Shown piece by piece: positions 13,014-26,078 of a stretch of 64,000 nt of DNA. The notes beneath the pieces are model-generated. The model searched no databases. It was not told the DNA's origin and was given only the letters and a program-made list of their open reading frames with translations. The position numbers and the translations under genes were made by a program. Every line of letters begins with the position of its first letter. Positions within the stretch are counted from its first letter, which is position 1. Source of the DNA: Trichinella spiralis (lineage: Eukaryota); NCBI RefSeq assembly GCF_000181795.1, contig NW_003526941.1, positions 811,396 to 875,395 on the forward strand. The letters run 5' to 3'.

Positions 13014-14008
13014 ATGGAGTAATTTTGTTATTTTTGCACTCAAAATTTCCACTCAAATCAAGCATGCTTGAAGGTTGGAAGGGCAAAAGTTGTTGACTTT
13101 TTTGTTCGTCGTTTTCGCACTGATTGTCGCAATGGCGATGGTCAATTGGTTTCACCAGCTGGATGGCGCAAATCTCGTCAATCCGAACATTGTGCACAAA
13201 TTGTTCGGCAAGACAATTTTATTCATAATCGCCCATCCGGATGACGAATGCATGTTCTTCGGCCCGACGTTGATCACTCTGGCCAAGTTGCAGTGCCGGG
13301 TTCACATCCTCTGCTTGTCCTCTGGGAATTATCGCAACAACGGTTCCATGTATACAGTGTGCTCTGAAGAGTTTTCTTGTTTTTTGTTTTCTTATTCTCA
13401 ATGCTTTTCTTTTGCTCGTTCAATTTTGCTCTTCTTCAACCGAACATAGTTGATTTCTCTTTTCCAGCCGTAAAGAGGAACTGCGAGAGGCTTGTCGAAC
13501 GCTGGGCTTGCGGGACGATTGCCTTTACGTGGTGGAGCATCCCGATTTGCCGGATCATCCGTCCAAGTTCTGGGATCAGGCTCGTTTGCGTAGTATTGTT
13601 GGGCATTTTTTGGAACAGTTCGACGTCGAAGTGGTGTTCACGTTCGACGACCACGGCGTCAGTGGCCATTTGAACCACGCCAGCATCTTCCCTTGTGTTC
13701 TTTATTTGGCGTCGACCGGCGAGCACAGGCGACCGCAAGTGCGTTTGTTCGCTTTGCGTTCGGTCGGCCTGCTTCGCAAGTATACGGGATTTTTGGAACT
13801 AGCACTGCGCTGTGTGCTCAACTACAGTCTCGACGAGCTGATTTTCATCAACAGCGTCAACGAGTGGTTCACGCTTCAACGCGCGATGAACAAGCACCAC
13901 TCCCAGTTGTGCGTTTTCAGGGTATTTTACTTGATTTTCAGCAGTTACACGTTGGTCAACGGTTGGAACTCCATTCGCACCATCCGCGTTGCTCACCCTG
14001 AAAATTGA
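13014..14008 (+). CDS. PIGL: GlcNAc-PI de-N-acetylase (GPI biosynthesis); start uncertain
   Basis: N-terminal TM helix, AHPDDECMFFGPT, LCLSSGN, TFDDHGVSGHLNH and HHSQL..FR motifs. Proposed ATG at 13014 splices (gt 13019 to ag 13073) into the frame of the 13075 ORF. Confidence 0.92.
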
Positions 14009-14516
14009 CATTTTCTTCTCTTCTTTTCTCTTTTCCTTTCTTTATTTATTTATTTCTGCGGCAACTTGTTCCGGGAACGAATTTTCTGTACAAACGATAA
14101 TCAATGGATGATGGAATAAATAATGATTTTTAATGGTATTGTTGTTCTCTAAAAAAATTCCATTTACAGTATTGATTTTCAAAATTAACAACACCTTTTA
14201 TCAGATGTGAAAAATAAATGATAAAACGCAGAAAGCAAAAGAAAAATTTTTGTAATGATTTTCAGGTACAATTTTAGCCTTGCAGTAATAATAATTCTAT
14301 GACAAGTTTAAAGTGTTAAACAAAAGTGTGCGTTCATTTTTGTTTAAATTGGTGAACTTTAAAATGCGAACAATTTTTAAAGAAGAAGGTTTGCGCTCAC
14401 CTGAAATTAAAGTAGTGTTGTCAGTGTTGTGTGGTCGGTCGTTCGGGTTTCTTCGGCTTGTTTTCTTCTTCTCTTGAGCAACGAACAACAATTCCAAGTT
14501 CCATTCCGTCTACAGG

Positions 14517-15275
14517 ATGTTTCTCGTACGCAAGTGTGTCGTCTGCCAGCAGCAACTGCTGTCGGCCAATTTCGTCACAATCAACCAATTGTACATCCAC
14601 TACGACTGTTTCAAGTGTAGCGTCTGCAGCAAGCAGTTGAACGAGCACAATTTGCGCTTACGCAGAGATGCGCTGTACTGCCAAGAATGTTTCATGGAAA
14701 AGTATTGCCGGCTTTGTTCGATCTGCACGATGCCGATGCTCCCCCAGGATGTGGTTCAAGTTCGAGGCAAGAGGATGCACCAGAGTTGCCTGGTGTGCAC
14801 GTTCTGCAAACGGCAGCTGGGTCTGGGCCAGCAGTTGTTGAACAACGGCGAATTCTTCTGCACGCCCAAGTGCGTGTTCAAGCACCGTGCTTCGGCGGCG
14901 AAAAAGAGCTCAGAAGCCGTGGAACAACAGGAAGCGGCCCAGAAGCCGACCGCCGGTTCAACCGACGGTAGCACCAACGCCCAAGCAACTCCAACCGATG
15001 CTTCACCACCAACGGCAGCGCCGCCGGCCGCTACCGCCAACGGCGTCCAACCGTCACCAGCGAATCCACCACCGGCTACTACCGACGGTGGTCAAGCGCA
15101 ACAACAACCACAACAACCGCAAGAACAACAACAACAACATGCGCAACAACCACAACAACCGCAAGAACAACAACAACAACATGCGCAACAACCACAACAA
15201 CCGCAAGAACAACAACAACCACAACAACCATCGCCCGAAGGTCCACCTCCAACTGGACCATCTGAAAATGGTTGA
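14517..15275 (+). CDS. Double LIM-domain protein with Pro/Ala/Thr- and Gln-rich tail
   Basis: Two LIM signatures (CVVC...HYDCFKCSVC...CQEC and CSIC...HQSCLVCTFC...CTPKC); an AG acceptor lies just before the ATG, so upstream exons are possible. Confidence 0.85.
   Translation: MFLVRKCVVCQQQLLSANFVTINQLYIHYDCFKCSVCSKQLNEHNLRLRRDALYCQECFMEKYCRLCSICTMPMLPQDVVQVRGKRMHQSCLVCTFCKRQLGLGQQLLNNGEFFCTPKCVFKHRASAAKKSSEAVEQQEAAQKPTAGSTDGSTNAQATPTDASPPTAAPPAATANGVQPSPANPPPATTDGGQAQQQPQQPQEQQQQHAQQPQQPQEQQQQHAQQPQQPQEQQQPQQPSPEGPPPTGPSENG
15102..15218 (+). repeat. 42-bp coding tandem repeat (about 2.8 copies; QQPQQPQEQQQQHA)
   Basis: Unit caacaaccacaacaaccgcaagaacaacaacaacaacatgcg at 15102 and 15144, partial at 15186. 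Confidence 0.95.
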
Positions 15276-15764
15276 TCCCCTTCGCAACGGCGGTTGGAAG
15301 CTTCGACCGATCATCTTTTCTACTTATCGTATGCGTTTGCATACAAATCAATTATTTAATCTTCATTGTTCACACCTTACCTTTATGAAAAATTTGTTAA
15401 ACTGTCCACCATTTGAATTTAGCTGAATTATAACAATTATTTATTCACTTTTAACTTAGTTATCAATTATTTGCATTTCAAAAATAAAAATAAACTTATC
15501 ACATAACCTGGTTGTAATGCAGTGTAAGCACAGTAACTAAGTAAGTAAGTATTAAAAAGGCAAAAATGGGTGGGATAAAAGAAGGCATTGTGTATAATAA
15601 GGCTTCGCAGAAGTGAAAAACAGAAATAAAAAAAACATGAGGACAATACTAAAAAAATACCTGTGAAGAAGAAAAAAAAGAAAATGGACAATCTCCTCCA
15701 ATCATTCCCAATACAAACAACAGTGAAGGAGAAGAGTAAAGAAGAAGGAATTATTGAAAAGGAA

Positions 15765-15930
15765 ACACACACACACACACACACACACACACCACACACC
15801 ACACACACACACACTCACACACACACAAACATAGATGATACTTGTATAAATGAACAGATAGTCAGACATATATATATATATGTGTATATGTATATATATA
15901 TATATGTATATGTATATATATATATATGTG
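15765..15930. repeat. Compound (CA)n and (TA)n microsatellites
   Basis: Directly visible just past the SLC34 stop codon. Confidence 0.9.
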
Positions 15931-15943
15931 TGCACATATATGC

Positions 15944-17373
15944 TTACAACTTGCGCATTTTGACAACATCTTGTTCACTGTTCACATTTTCATCCGATAC
16001 TCTGCGAATGCAACGACATGTGAACAAATGATCGTAATAGTCGAGACTGCGCAAAGGTGGTGGTAAAAAATCCCACGTGCGCAACCAACGTGGCAGACAG
16101 TGTGGTCGCCGCTTTTGCAACACTGAAATAATTTTGATGGTGCTGCAAAGAACAATGACCAGAAAGGCAAAAATTATAGGATATATCCAGCCCGCGTAGG
16201 CGAGGCCAAACACTATCAGCGGGAAAATGATGAAGGTGCCAAAAATGTAAACAAAAGCGAACCACCTATACCGAGCCGAAGTACGACCGAGGAACGCGGC
16301 CGCGGTCAGTGGAATACGTCGAACGGGCGGAATTGAGTAGAACAAAAATATGCTTATGAAATTGAAACAAAAATGGCAAAATGCCAGCTGCAACGGTGTT
16401 TTCAACGTTTCCGTCGCCAGGGCGGCAAAAATCGCCGTACCGGTGGTGCCCACGTCAGCACCGACCTCGTACACCCAGAATCGTTCCAATGAAAGCACAT
16501 CCAAAGCTACCAACGGAATCATGGTCGAACAGACAATTGACGAACTCTGCACAACCAACGTCACCATCGCACCGAGCAATATGCAAATGTAGCCGGTGGC
16601 CCAGCTCCATCGTCCTCGAAGCTGGAAGTTGAGTGATTTTTGCAATATTCGTTGCATACCGCCGCCCAGTAATTGATTCAGCACTTTTACCATACCGGAA
16701 AGGCAGCAGATCAACAGTACCAACGAAATGAACAACAACAAACCACCAATAGATGTATCCGGCCAGTCCAAGTTCAGTACAAATGGACCTAAATTGCAAC
16801 GGTCATTTTAATTTCACTTTTTTCTGCAAATTAATCAATTATTCATTCATTAATAATAACGACAATATCAGTACATGAATAAGTGTGATTGAGACTGTCA
16901 TAGCAAATACGCTTCACCACAGACTGATTCGTGACAATACCAAGACTACGATTAGTCAACACTTCATCGTCAGCCTGAAAGTACAAATGCAAAATCAATA
17001 ATGAATAAATAATGATATTTTTTGAATACTTGAAAAATAAGATGCGTGAATGGATCGATAATTTTTTGAAAAAATTCAGAATCTTGCAATGTGCCAAGTT
17101 CGAGATTTTTGACCATTAATCCGGTCAGTGAAACAATCGCACCTTGGCCAAACAAAGCCGACGTGATCACTTCCAATGGAAAAAGAACCACCACGCCCAT
17201 CCAGTTGTACAGATCGTGTATGACGGCGGCAGCGAATGCTTTTTCAAATCGACCTCGATCACCGCTGCTGAACAAAGCGACAATTGTGCTTGTCACAGCG
17301 GTACCAACGTTCGAGCCCATGATTACGTAATAGGCCTGTTCGACGGTAAAAGCTGAAAAATGACAAATATACA

Positions 17374-17410
<37 letters not shown>

Positions 17411-17976
17411 TTATTTATTTAAAAAAAGAATACACAATTTATGCAAATTTCACTGAATGACTAGCTCACCTTCAGCACCAACCATAACAACGGCAATGCT
17501 AGTGACAGTGGATGAACTTTGCAGTATGGCTGTCACCACAATGCCGATCATTAAAATTGCGACTGGACTTTTTAAAATTGTATTGCTGCGAAAAGCATCG
17601 GCGATTGTATGACCACCGAGAAGTTTGAACCCGTCGGTCATCAAATCCAACGAACATATGAAAAAATACAAACAAGCCAACAACAGTATCAGCAAAATAA
17701 TTGTACGCATGATTTTCTGAATTTTTGTTTTTGTCGATAAATCTAAAAAACTTCATTCATTCATTCATTCATTCATTTACCGCATGCTTTTTGCTACCTT
17801 TCCATCTTTTTGTTGAAGCATCATATTGATTGTTAATACCATTTGCGGAAGGTACATCGCAAATAGTATATACCTGCTGCTTAGGCTGTGATTCTAGCTT
17901 AGCCATAATTTCATATGATGAATTCAAACGACCAATATTCGCATCACAATGTTCTGATGATTGTAAATCGTCTCGA
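15944..17976 (-). CDS. SLC34A: Type II Na/Pi cotransporter (SLC34), multi-exon; first exon not located
   Basis: Two QSSS signature repeats (ILQSSSTVTS, VVQSSSIVCS), IMGSNVGT, GADVGTT, LQLAFCHFCFN, YRWFA and LPRWLRTWDFLP. Confidence 0.93.
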
Positions 17977-19148
17977 CTAAAAATAAATCATATATATATA
18001 TATATGCAAAATTCAATTGAAAAAAGAAAAATTAAAACAAAAAATACTTTGTATAAAATGAAAATAAAATGTATATATTTTTCAACTTAAAATTTATGCA
18101 ATAACAACTTAGCATCAGTGGATGAATTATTGAAAGAAAAGAAAAAATCTCACGCTCATAAACTAAACTCAAACAGAAATTTGAACCAAGAATTTGTTAG
18201 AAGATGAATTTTCGTCGACAGTTCGTTTATTTTTTTTTATCCATAGGTTATTCTTCATTTCTATTCAAAATTTTCAATGATCATCAAGCTTTGAAATCTC
18301 GTACAAAATGACTATATGTATAATAAGACTTGTACTATGTAAAATCAATGCTAACAAGCTATCAACCGCTAAGTCAACTCAGAAATTAGATCAATGAAAT
18401 TGAAAATATAAATTCTCTTCATAAAATAGAAACAGCAACAATTGTAAAACACAAATCCACTTCCAAACCGAGAAACAACTGATAAACGTCTTCTAAACTG
18501 CACACATACAGCAAGTGATAATAGCATTTTCAGAAGAAAAAACATATATATAGAAAACAAAAAGCTCACTTTTCGTCAAAACGTCTATGACTTGCTATCA
18601 GCGTAGCCATAAAAAATTTCCATGTGCTGATTTCAATAAAAAATAAATGTAAAAAAATAATCTCAAAAAAGTAAGAAAACAAAAAACAGTAATGCAGCTA
18701 GAGGAGAGATGTATGAAAGAGTCGAATTAGAATATGTAATATGCTTGTTGTAGAGCCGGTTTATGAAAAGAATCGTCGGTTGAACAAATAAAATGACAAA
18801 TGATGAAATATGAAAGTGAAACTGATTTTGTAAAACGAGGTAACAGTGGTGATCAACTGTCCAGCTACTGTGCAGATAGATATACCGGACAGGGATACAG
18901 ACGGACGACAGCTAGTTGAATGTAACAAGAATAATTAATAATGATTATTACAATAATTATTGTTGATCAGTCATCTAAATAGACTATTTAGAATAGAGGA
19001 GCTTTCTTTGCAGCGGCCACCAGTTTGCAAACTGTACCGGAATGTAGAGATGGCTAATTGCGAGAGCAAACTGAGGTCTGTTCCATTGTGCCAAAACGTA
19101 CAACCGGTCGTTTTGGAGCAACTGAGCGAAAAATGAACAGTGAACACA

Positions 19149-19173
19149 GCAAGCAAGCAAGCAAGCAAGCAAG
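19149..19173. repeat. (GCAA)n microsatellite
   Basis: Directly visible. Confidence 0.85.
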
Positions 19174-22100
19174 CAGCTTATGCCTGCTCGATTCATTCAA
19201 TCCAACTTGCCCAGTCAGTAAGTACAGCAGCCAATCGAAATGCGCATCGCCGTCAACTGGCCACCACAAACCAAATAGCCAAACATACCGGACCGAGTGG
19301 TGCATTCCTTGCGCTTGCTTGCTTGCTGTGCTGAAGTAGAATTAATTGCATAAATCGCGTCGACAATTTTTCAGCACCTTGTGCACAGGCACAAGTTTAG
19401 TTTCAGCTTGAACCTGTTCTTTGAAAAATATTCGCACATTATTAATACCACCATCACCACAACCACCACATTGCCAATGCACACACACACACAGACTTCT
19501 TCTGTTGCTTGGTGAAATCACGTGACATGAACAACGCCCCCACTGGGTATTGTTGTTCATTGTTGGAAAATGCTACCATTTTTGAGCAGGTTTTGTTCGA
19601 CCGGACAAGCACAACAACTGACCAACGTTTTTCCTCCCCAACAACATCAAATTCAAATCAAAAACTTAAATTTAGCAGAAAATTTTACAGAATTAAACTG
19701 AACTAAACTAAAAAAAATTGCTTTATGAATTTCAATCGAAACTGTCAATATAATGATCATTGCACAGTCGTCAGCTATGGACACTCGGCTAGCTAATCAC
19801 GGCTTCCGCATGGAGAAGCCGTTCATTCACAGAAGCGTTACCAAATTATTACCAGAATGGTCAACTTGCCGAAAAAAAAGAAACCAATTTTCTGAATCGA
19901 TAAACCGTTCAAATTATTATTATTACCATTGTTGTCAATGTAATAATTTTTCATGAAAATGCAATTGCATTGCAAGCAGCGATGAGCAAGCAATGTTAAG
20001 CAAAAAAAAGATACAAAAAGCCAAAAAACAACAACAACAACAACAAAACACCACAGCTTTACCTATTTGAAGAGAAGTAGAGGAATAAGTTTCATAAAAG
20101 TTGAGGGGGATGGTGAAAAATGACAAACGCAAAACAAAATACTGTTCTGAACGCCCCTCGCAGCCTGAATTTATACACAAGCAAAACTGTACATTCATCA
20201 TTTCCCATATAGCAAGTAAAAAGCAGTATTTCTGGCAAATGACTTTTTGCAATCCTGTTCAAAATGGAGACAAAAGCAATTTCATCAGCTTTCCATTAAT
20301 CGACAAAGCAAATAATTTTTCAAAAAAAAATACTTAACAGCATATAAAAACAAAAATATTTCATTTCCCATGAAAATGAAAAAAAGAAGTTTATCATCCA
20401 TCAAGTACAGTTTCAGAAGCTGAGAATGAGGAAAATGAGGTTGGGCGGAAGAAAAGTAGAAGAGAATAAATTAATAAATAAACACATATCTTACGTCTTA
20501 TAGATTTTGAAAATCATCTCAAACTGAAGCAATTGATAAAATGCTATTTTTAGGCTAACAAGTTCATGTATTCTTGAAACAAACTGCAAAACAGATTTAA
20601 AAATAAACAATGGACAACATTAATTTTAAAAATACTCTCCAAAAAAACTGACCACTGGTTTTTCGAACGTCATTATTTTGCATCTCGCATCTCGGATATT
20701 TTGCTTTTAATTTTCAAAACAAAAAAAAATCTAAATCAAAATTCATCTCGTTGATCAATAAATAGCCAATTCAAAGAAAATATAATATATCTATCTGCAT
20801 ATTCGGTGATTTCACCGGTAACATCGAACGCGATGTTTCATGGATTTCTTTACATTTCCAAGATTGATGAAAGTCAGAAATAAAAAAAAAACTGGTATCA
20901 AAAATGAACGATTCGTCCATAAATCGTCGATCACATCCTTCAATTAGCGAACAATGCCCTCTCCACTCCCATCCCTCGATTAGGAAGCAATTCATATTCA
21001 CAATCTAACCAGTGATGAAAGCCATTCATTCATTTCGCCAATATGACAATAGCATAAATTTAGTTACAGTTGTTGTTGTTGTTTTGCGTTGTTTCGAAAC
21101 AGAATAAAAAACAGCTTGCAAAAGATAAAGATGTGAAATTTCACAACAGAAAAATAAATCACCGAATACTGAAGCTGGTGATATTCAATTTTCAAATTCT
21201 GTTATGTTATGAATAATACGAGAGAAATTAGTTTCAAAAATGACTTAACAAGTCGACTTTATTGCAATTTAAATTGTTTGTATTTTTGCACGCTAAAAAT
21301 GAAAATTATTTTTCATCGTTTTTTACATTTTGTTTGTTGCAAAATGGTGCATACCTAATGAAATATGTTCAAAAAAATAAACTGAAGCAAAATAAAAAAG
21401 AAAAAAACCAGTATTTATAAAAGTGAAACAATAAAAAATGAATAAATAAATCACGATTAATAATAATGCGCTATTGTTGTTGGTGCTGCACTCCCTCGCC
21501 GCCCGCATGACAGAATGACTTATTATTTCACCGTTGGCACTGGTTTTGCACCGGTTGAACAATAATGAAAATAATAATAATTAATGATAAAAATGAAATT
21601 TAATAATATCAATTAATATTGGATCTTCCCCCTCACCTCCCCCTCCTTCATCCCACCCACCTACACACAGCAACAGTTTAGCTAAGTTGAGTTGAACAAA
21701 CGAACAAACAATGCCGCTAGTAGGGCTAGTGGAAAACAGGAAGCAGAAAAAAGATCATAAATCACATCCATCCATCGGTCCGTCCTCCTACACAGTATTG
21801 TAAATTTTGGTGGGTGAAAGTGCCAAAAGCGAAAGACAAAAGCAATGCCCATGGCCAGTTGCATCACTGAAACTGTCAAAATTGAAATTGCATTTCGAGA
21901 GCAAAACAAAAAAATGGTACAAATCAAACACCAAGCCTACAACCTGTATACGAGTGATAGTGATCTTGCAGAAAGTTTGCCTTGTCGAGTGAGAGATTGA
22001 TGAAAGGTGAAATTTATCAAGTACTATTCAAGATTGATGATCACGTACGTGTTGTTGTTTGTTGATTTCACTGAGATAGCAGCAAATTGTAAATTTTCCA

Positions 22101-25100
22101 TCATCACCACTATTGTAATGAATGTATATTCTCATATTCTTTTTTTCTCACTCATCAAAATGGCAATGATCAATTTGCTATTCCTTTTGCTTACAAAATC
22201 ATACCCAAATATTGAACAAACACTAAAATCAATTTGACAAAAAAAAAAGAAAAATAATCAACCATTTTACGCTTTCTACAAACTACAGTAATGGTAATAT
22301 TAATAATAATAATCTATTTTCTGTTGTTTTTTTTGTCATTGAAGAAATTAATAATCAAGCATATCAACTAGGTGGATAATTGTTGAATTTGTTGTGAACT
22401 ACCAGAGCTGGACAACTTCTCAAAATGCTCGATAGTGCTAAATTGAGAAAAGCACCGTTCTGTTTGTTCAAAAGTTTCCGCTTAGATTGACTGAAGTAAG
22501 TGAGTTGACTTGAAATCTGTTTGCTTGTTGATTGAAAAAATTGAACAACAAAGTACACTGGAAAACTTGCAAATCAAATTAACCATGCCGGAAAGTAAAA
22601 GATATTTAACAAATAGAGCCCCCTCCCCTTTTTTTTCTTGAAGTAAATAAATAAATAAACAATACCACCGAGGTGTGTGTTCTAGAGAAATACTAAGAAT
22701 AAGTTGCTAAGAAGATGCTTAAAATTGTCAACCAGTTAGCTGGTCAGTTAATTGGTTGTTCAGCTTGGATGAAACAACAAAACAAGAAAATGATGATCAA
22801 GATTTGTATAAGAATAGAGAGGAAGAGGAAAAAACAAAGAATCATTTATTTTTGGTCTCAATTCTAAAAGTAGCGTCGTCAACAAACAAACAGTATAAGT
22901 GAAACTGACCAATCGACTGAGCAGTCAGTCAACTGGCAGCAACTGACTACTGACAAAAAAGTGAAATTACTAATCACTGCTCAAGTCATCATCTTAAAAA
23001 AACATGTATATGTATATATATACTGTTTTTTCTCAACATTTCTCAGAAAACTACTACTTTTCTTTTCGAGTGCTTGTTAAACAGTCCATCCACCAAACAA
23101 TGCTAGTGCCGCCGCTAACTAATAATTAACTGTTGCTGTTGAACAAGAAATTATGCAAGAAATAATATTCATGCCATCTAATTGAAAAACAAACTGTCAA
23201 AATGGTCAACACTGTTAGAGAATGTTGCTCTAGAATGATTATTAATAAAATGCTGCAATAAATTGAACAGTTGTGCAGCGACACAGCAATCAGCTTGAGT
23301 ATTATTATTATTATTATTACTATTATTATTCAATGCGCTTGTTTCATAACGTTGCACAGTTTCGAGTGCCCGTTGTCCAATAAATAAACATCAAGTAAAT
23401 GGCTAATCAAACAAAATTCAAAATTCACTTTAAATTTTCAAATCGATGAAAAATAAAATAATCAATTTTCAATCATTTCGATAGTTTTCAAGTGCACATC
23501 ACATTTTCAAGTTTACATATTACACATATACATACACATATATACATACATACATACACACATACACGTGGACAGTAATAATAGAAACAGGAAGCCAAAC
23601 CAAAAATAGTTAATTATTTTGCCTAGTTACCGCTATAAAAATCAATTTTATGACACTAATTTCGTTTGATAATTTTCTAAAAGTAAAAAATCACCACCAA
23701 CCACCAGTCATCACTACATCAAATGCATAAGCATCAATTGTCCCATTGTCAACCATTATTGCAACAGAAAAGCAAAGAAATAAATAATTTCATTTTTGTA
23801 TCATAAAAAATACATTAAAAGTTTCATTTAAGAAAAAAAGTAAAAAAAATCTATAACAATACACTAACCGGCACACTCGCTGCAGATCAACTTGCATAAT
23901 TTATATTCTGTTATTACATTAATATTAAAACACCAGACACACACATACACACGCACACAGACACGCACACTGTGGAAACGGAGCATGGAAAAATAGTGAA
24001 ACTTTCAATTGGACGAACAGTCCGCATTTGACAGCCAAATGCCCATTAAATTGTCGTTGGAGCCGTAAAATTGCATAAATAAAAATTGCACAGCAAACAT
24101 CACAATCAATAAAAAGCACAACACTGGAGATTCAATGTTGCTTTCTTCAAAGCAAACATACAATCATCGCACATGAAAGAGATAGCCGCCGCTGCTTTTA
24201 CAGCTATTGCCGAACATGCATTTTACAAAAGAGGTGCGCGTCAGATTTCAATCGACAACAATTCACTTCACCAATTATTCAATATTTCAATTATTACACC
24301 AAAATCGAAACCGTTTTTTGCAAAGTAATGAAGATGAGAGAGGAAGAAGCAAAGAAAAAAAAGAAAAGCAATACAACACTTACCAAACTGATGGGATATT
24401 GTTCACTGTTGTTGTTGTTGTTGTTGCTGTTGGTATTGTATTTTCACTTGCAGTAGATAAGTGAGCTATGGAAGTTGGGAATCTGAAAAATACAAATCAT
24501 CAAAAAACAAATTTCCAACTACTAAACAGATTCGACTTATCTTATCAATGTGCTAATATATTATTCATTAATATAAGGAAAAATCGTGTAATGCGAACAA
24601 CAACAACATATAATTAATTCATTTGCGAATTCATTGCTGAACGATTGGAAAATATAGATTTGAAAAAAATCATTTTCATTTGTTCCATACCAAATTTATG
24701 CAAATACAAACATATATATATGTATGTTTTTTTCTTCAACTCTGAGAAGTAAAAACAGTACTACACACTGATTGTGCGATTGTAATGACCCAGAGGGGTA
24801 ATGAAAGAAAATATTTCTCAAATCTCCCATATCATCCGTCCATCGTTCACAATTGAAGCCCATCAAAAGCTTAACAATTACACATAACAACGAGATTTCT
24901 TAAAAACAAAAAGTTGAATTGTACTGTTGATAGAGGCAGCATAACAAAATGAAAAAATAAATATAGAATAAAATAAAGCATGCAAAATAATCGTCAGCTT
25001 TTCAAGGTAAATTTCAATTGCACCTTGATCACAAATTTCACATTTCTATCAGTTTTGTGATGAAATTAATCAAAAACCGAAATTCGTCATTTGACAAGCT

Positions 25101-26078
25101 CATCAAAAACGTAAGCCCACCACACCCACATGTTCAATTTCCTTTGATCTAACGTGCTATTTATTCATTTATTACATTTGGAAAAGCAAGCAAAAAGGTA
25201 AAATTACTTTGCATTGACCAACACCACTTGACGCTGCAGTTAATTGGCAAATTACACACAACCGACAACAAGCCCATTTGTCAGCATTATCTATTATAAT
25301 GCTGCTGGTTGGTGATTAAAAATTGATACGAAAAAGCTGTTGCTTTATCAATGCACGCAAAGCTTCTTACATGAGATCTAAGAGTAAAGAACAACAATAA
25401 AATGACGCTGTGTATTTGGAATGGCAAACTGACTGCAACATACCGAATATCAGAGACCAAGGCGGTGAGCATTTGTGATCAGCTATTCAACGTCACGTTC
25501 GACGGTGCAGAATTATTGTTCATGTAAATTTTTGTTCAAATTGATTGATTGAACAAGCAAAGCAAGAAAAGTACAAAAATAAACATATAAATAAATAAAT
25601 AAAACTACACCTTTGTCACATCCTTGTCGAAATTGGCTGAAACTGGCAATAAAAAAAACAGAACAATTAAATTATCAGTTAAAATAGAAATAATCGCAAT
25701 CACGATTCAACAAATTTATTAATATCACCACACAATTAATCCAAAATCATCAATGTTTATTATTTTTTTCAACTTTGCTTCTTTCAAAGAACAAATTGAA
25801 TAAAAATTTTCTTGATTCCATTAATTGACCATAATTATTTGCATACAATTTCACCAGCTGAATAACAGACTTTCGCCAAAAGTTCCATTTCCAAAGGCAC
25901 CAAGAATAGTCGACATCTAAGTAGGCAAATGATAGATAAAAGGTAGGATTGTCGTTGTTGATCACAATTGGAAGCTACATTTTCATTAAAAATGAAAAAA
26001 AGACTAACAAATCAAACTGACTAGATAAGTAACCAACACCCACGCTAAGATATTTTTCACATGATTGTATTCTCATCG

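Noticed and set aside
14887..15426. Alternative-frame and antisense ORFs (poly-N, poly-V, poly-L)
   Set aside because: By-products of the CAA-rich repeat in the LIM gene.
18300..26000. Short ORFs from the ORF track in the intergenic interval
   Set aside because: Low-complexity or microsatellite-derived, with no recognisable domains.
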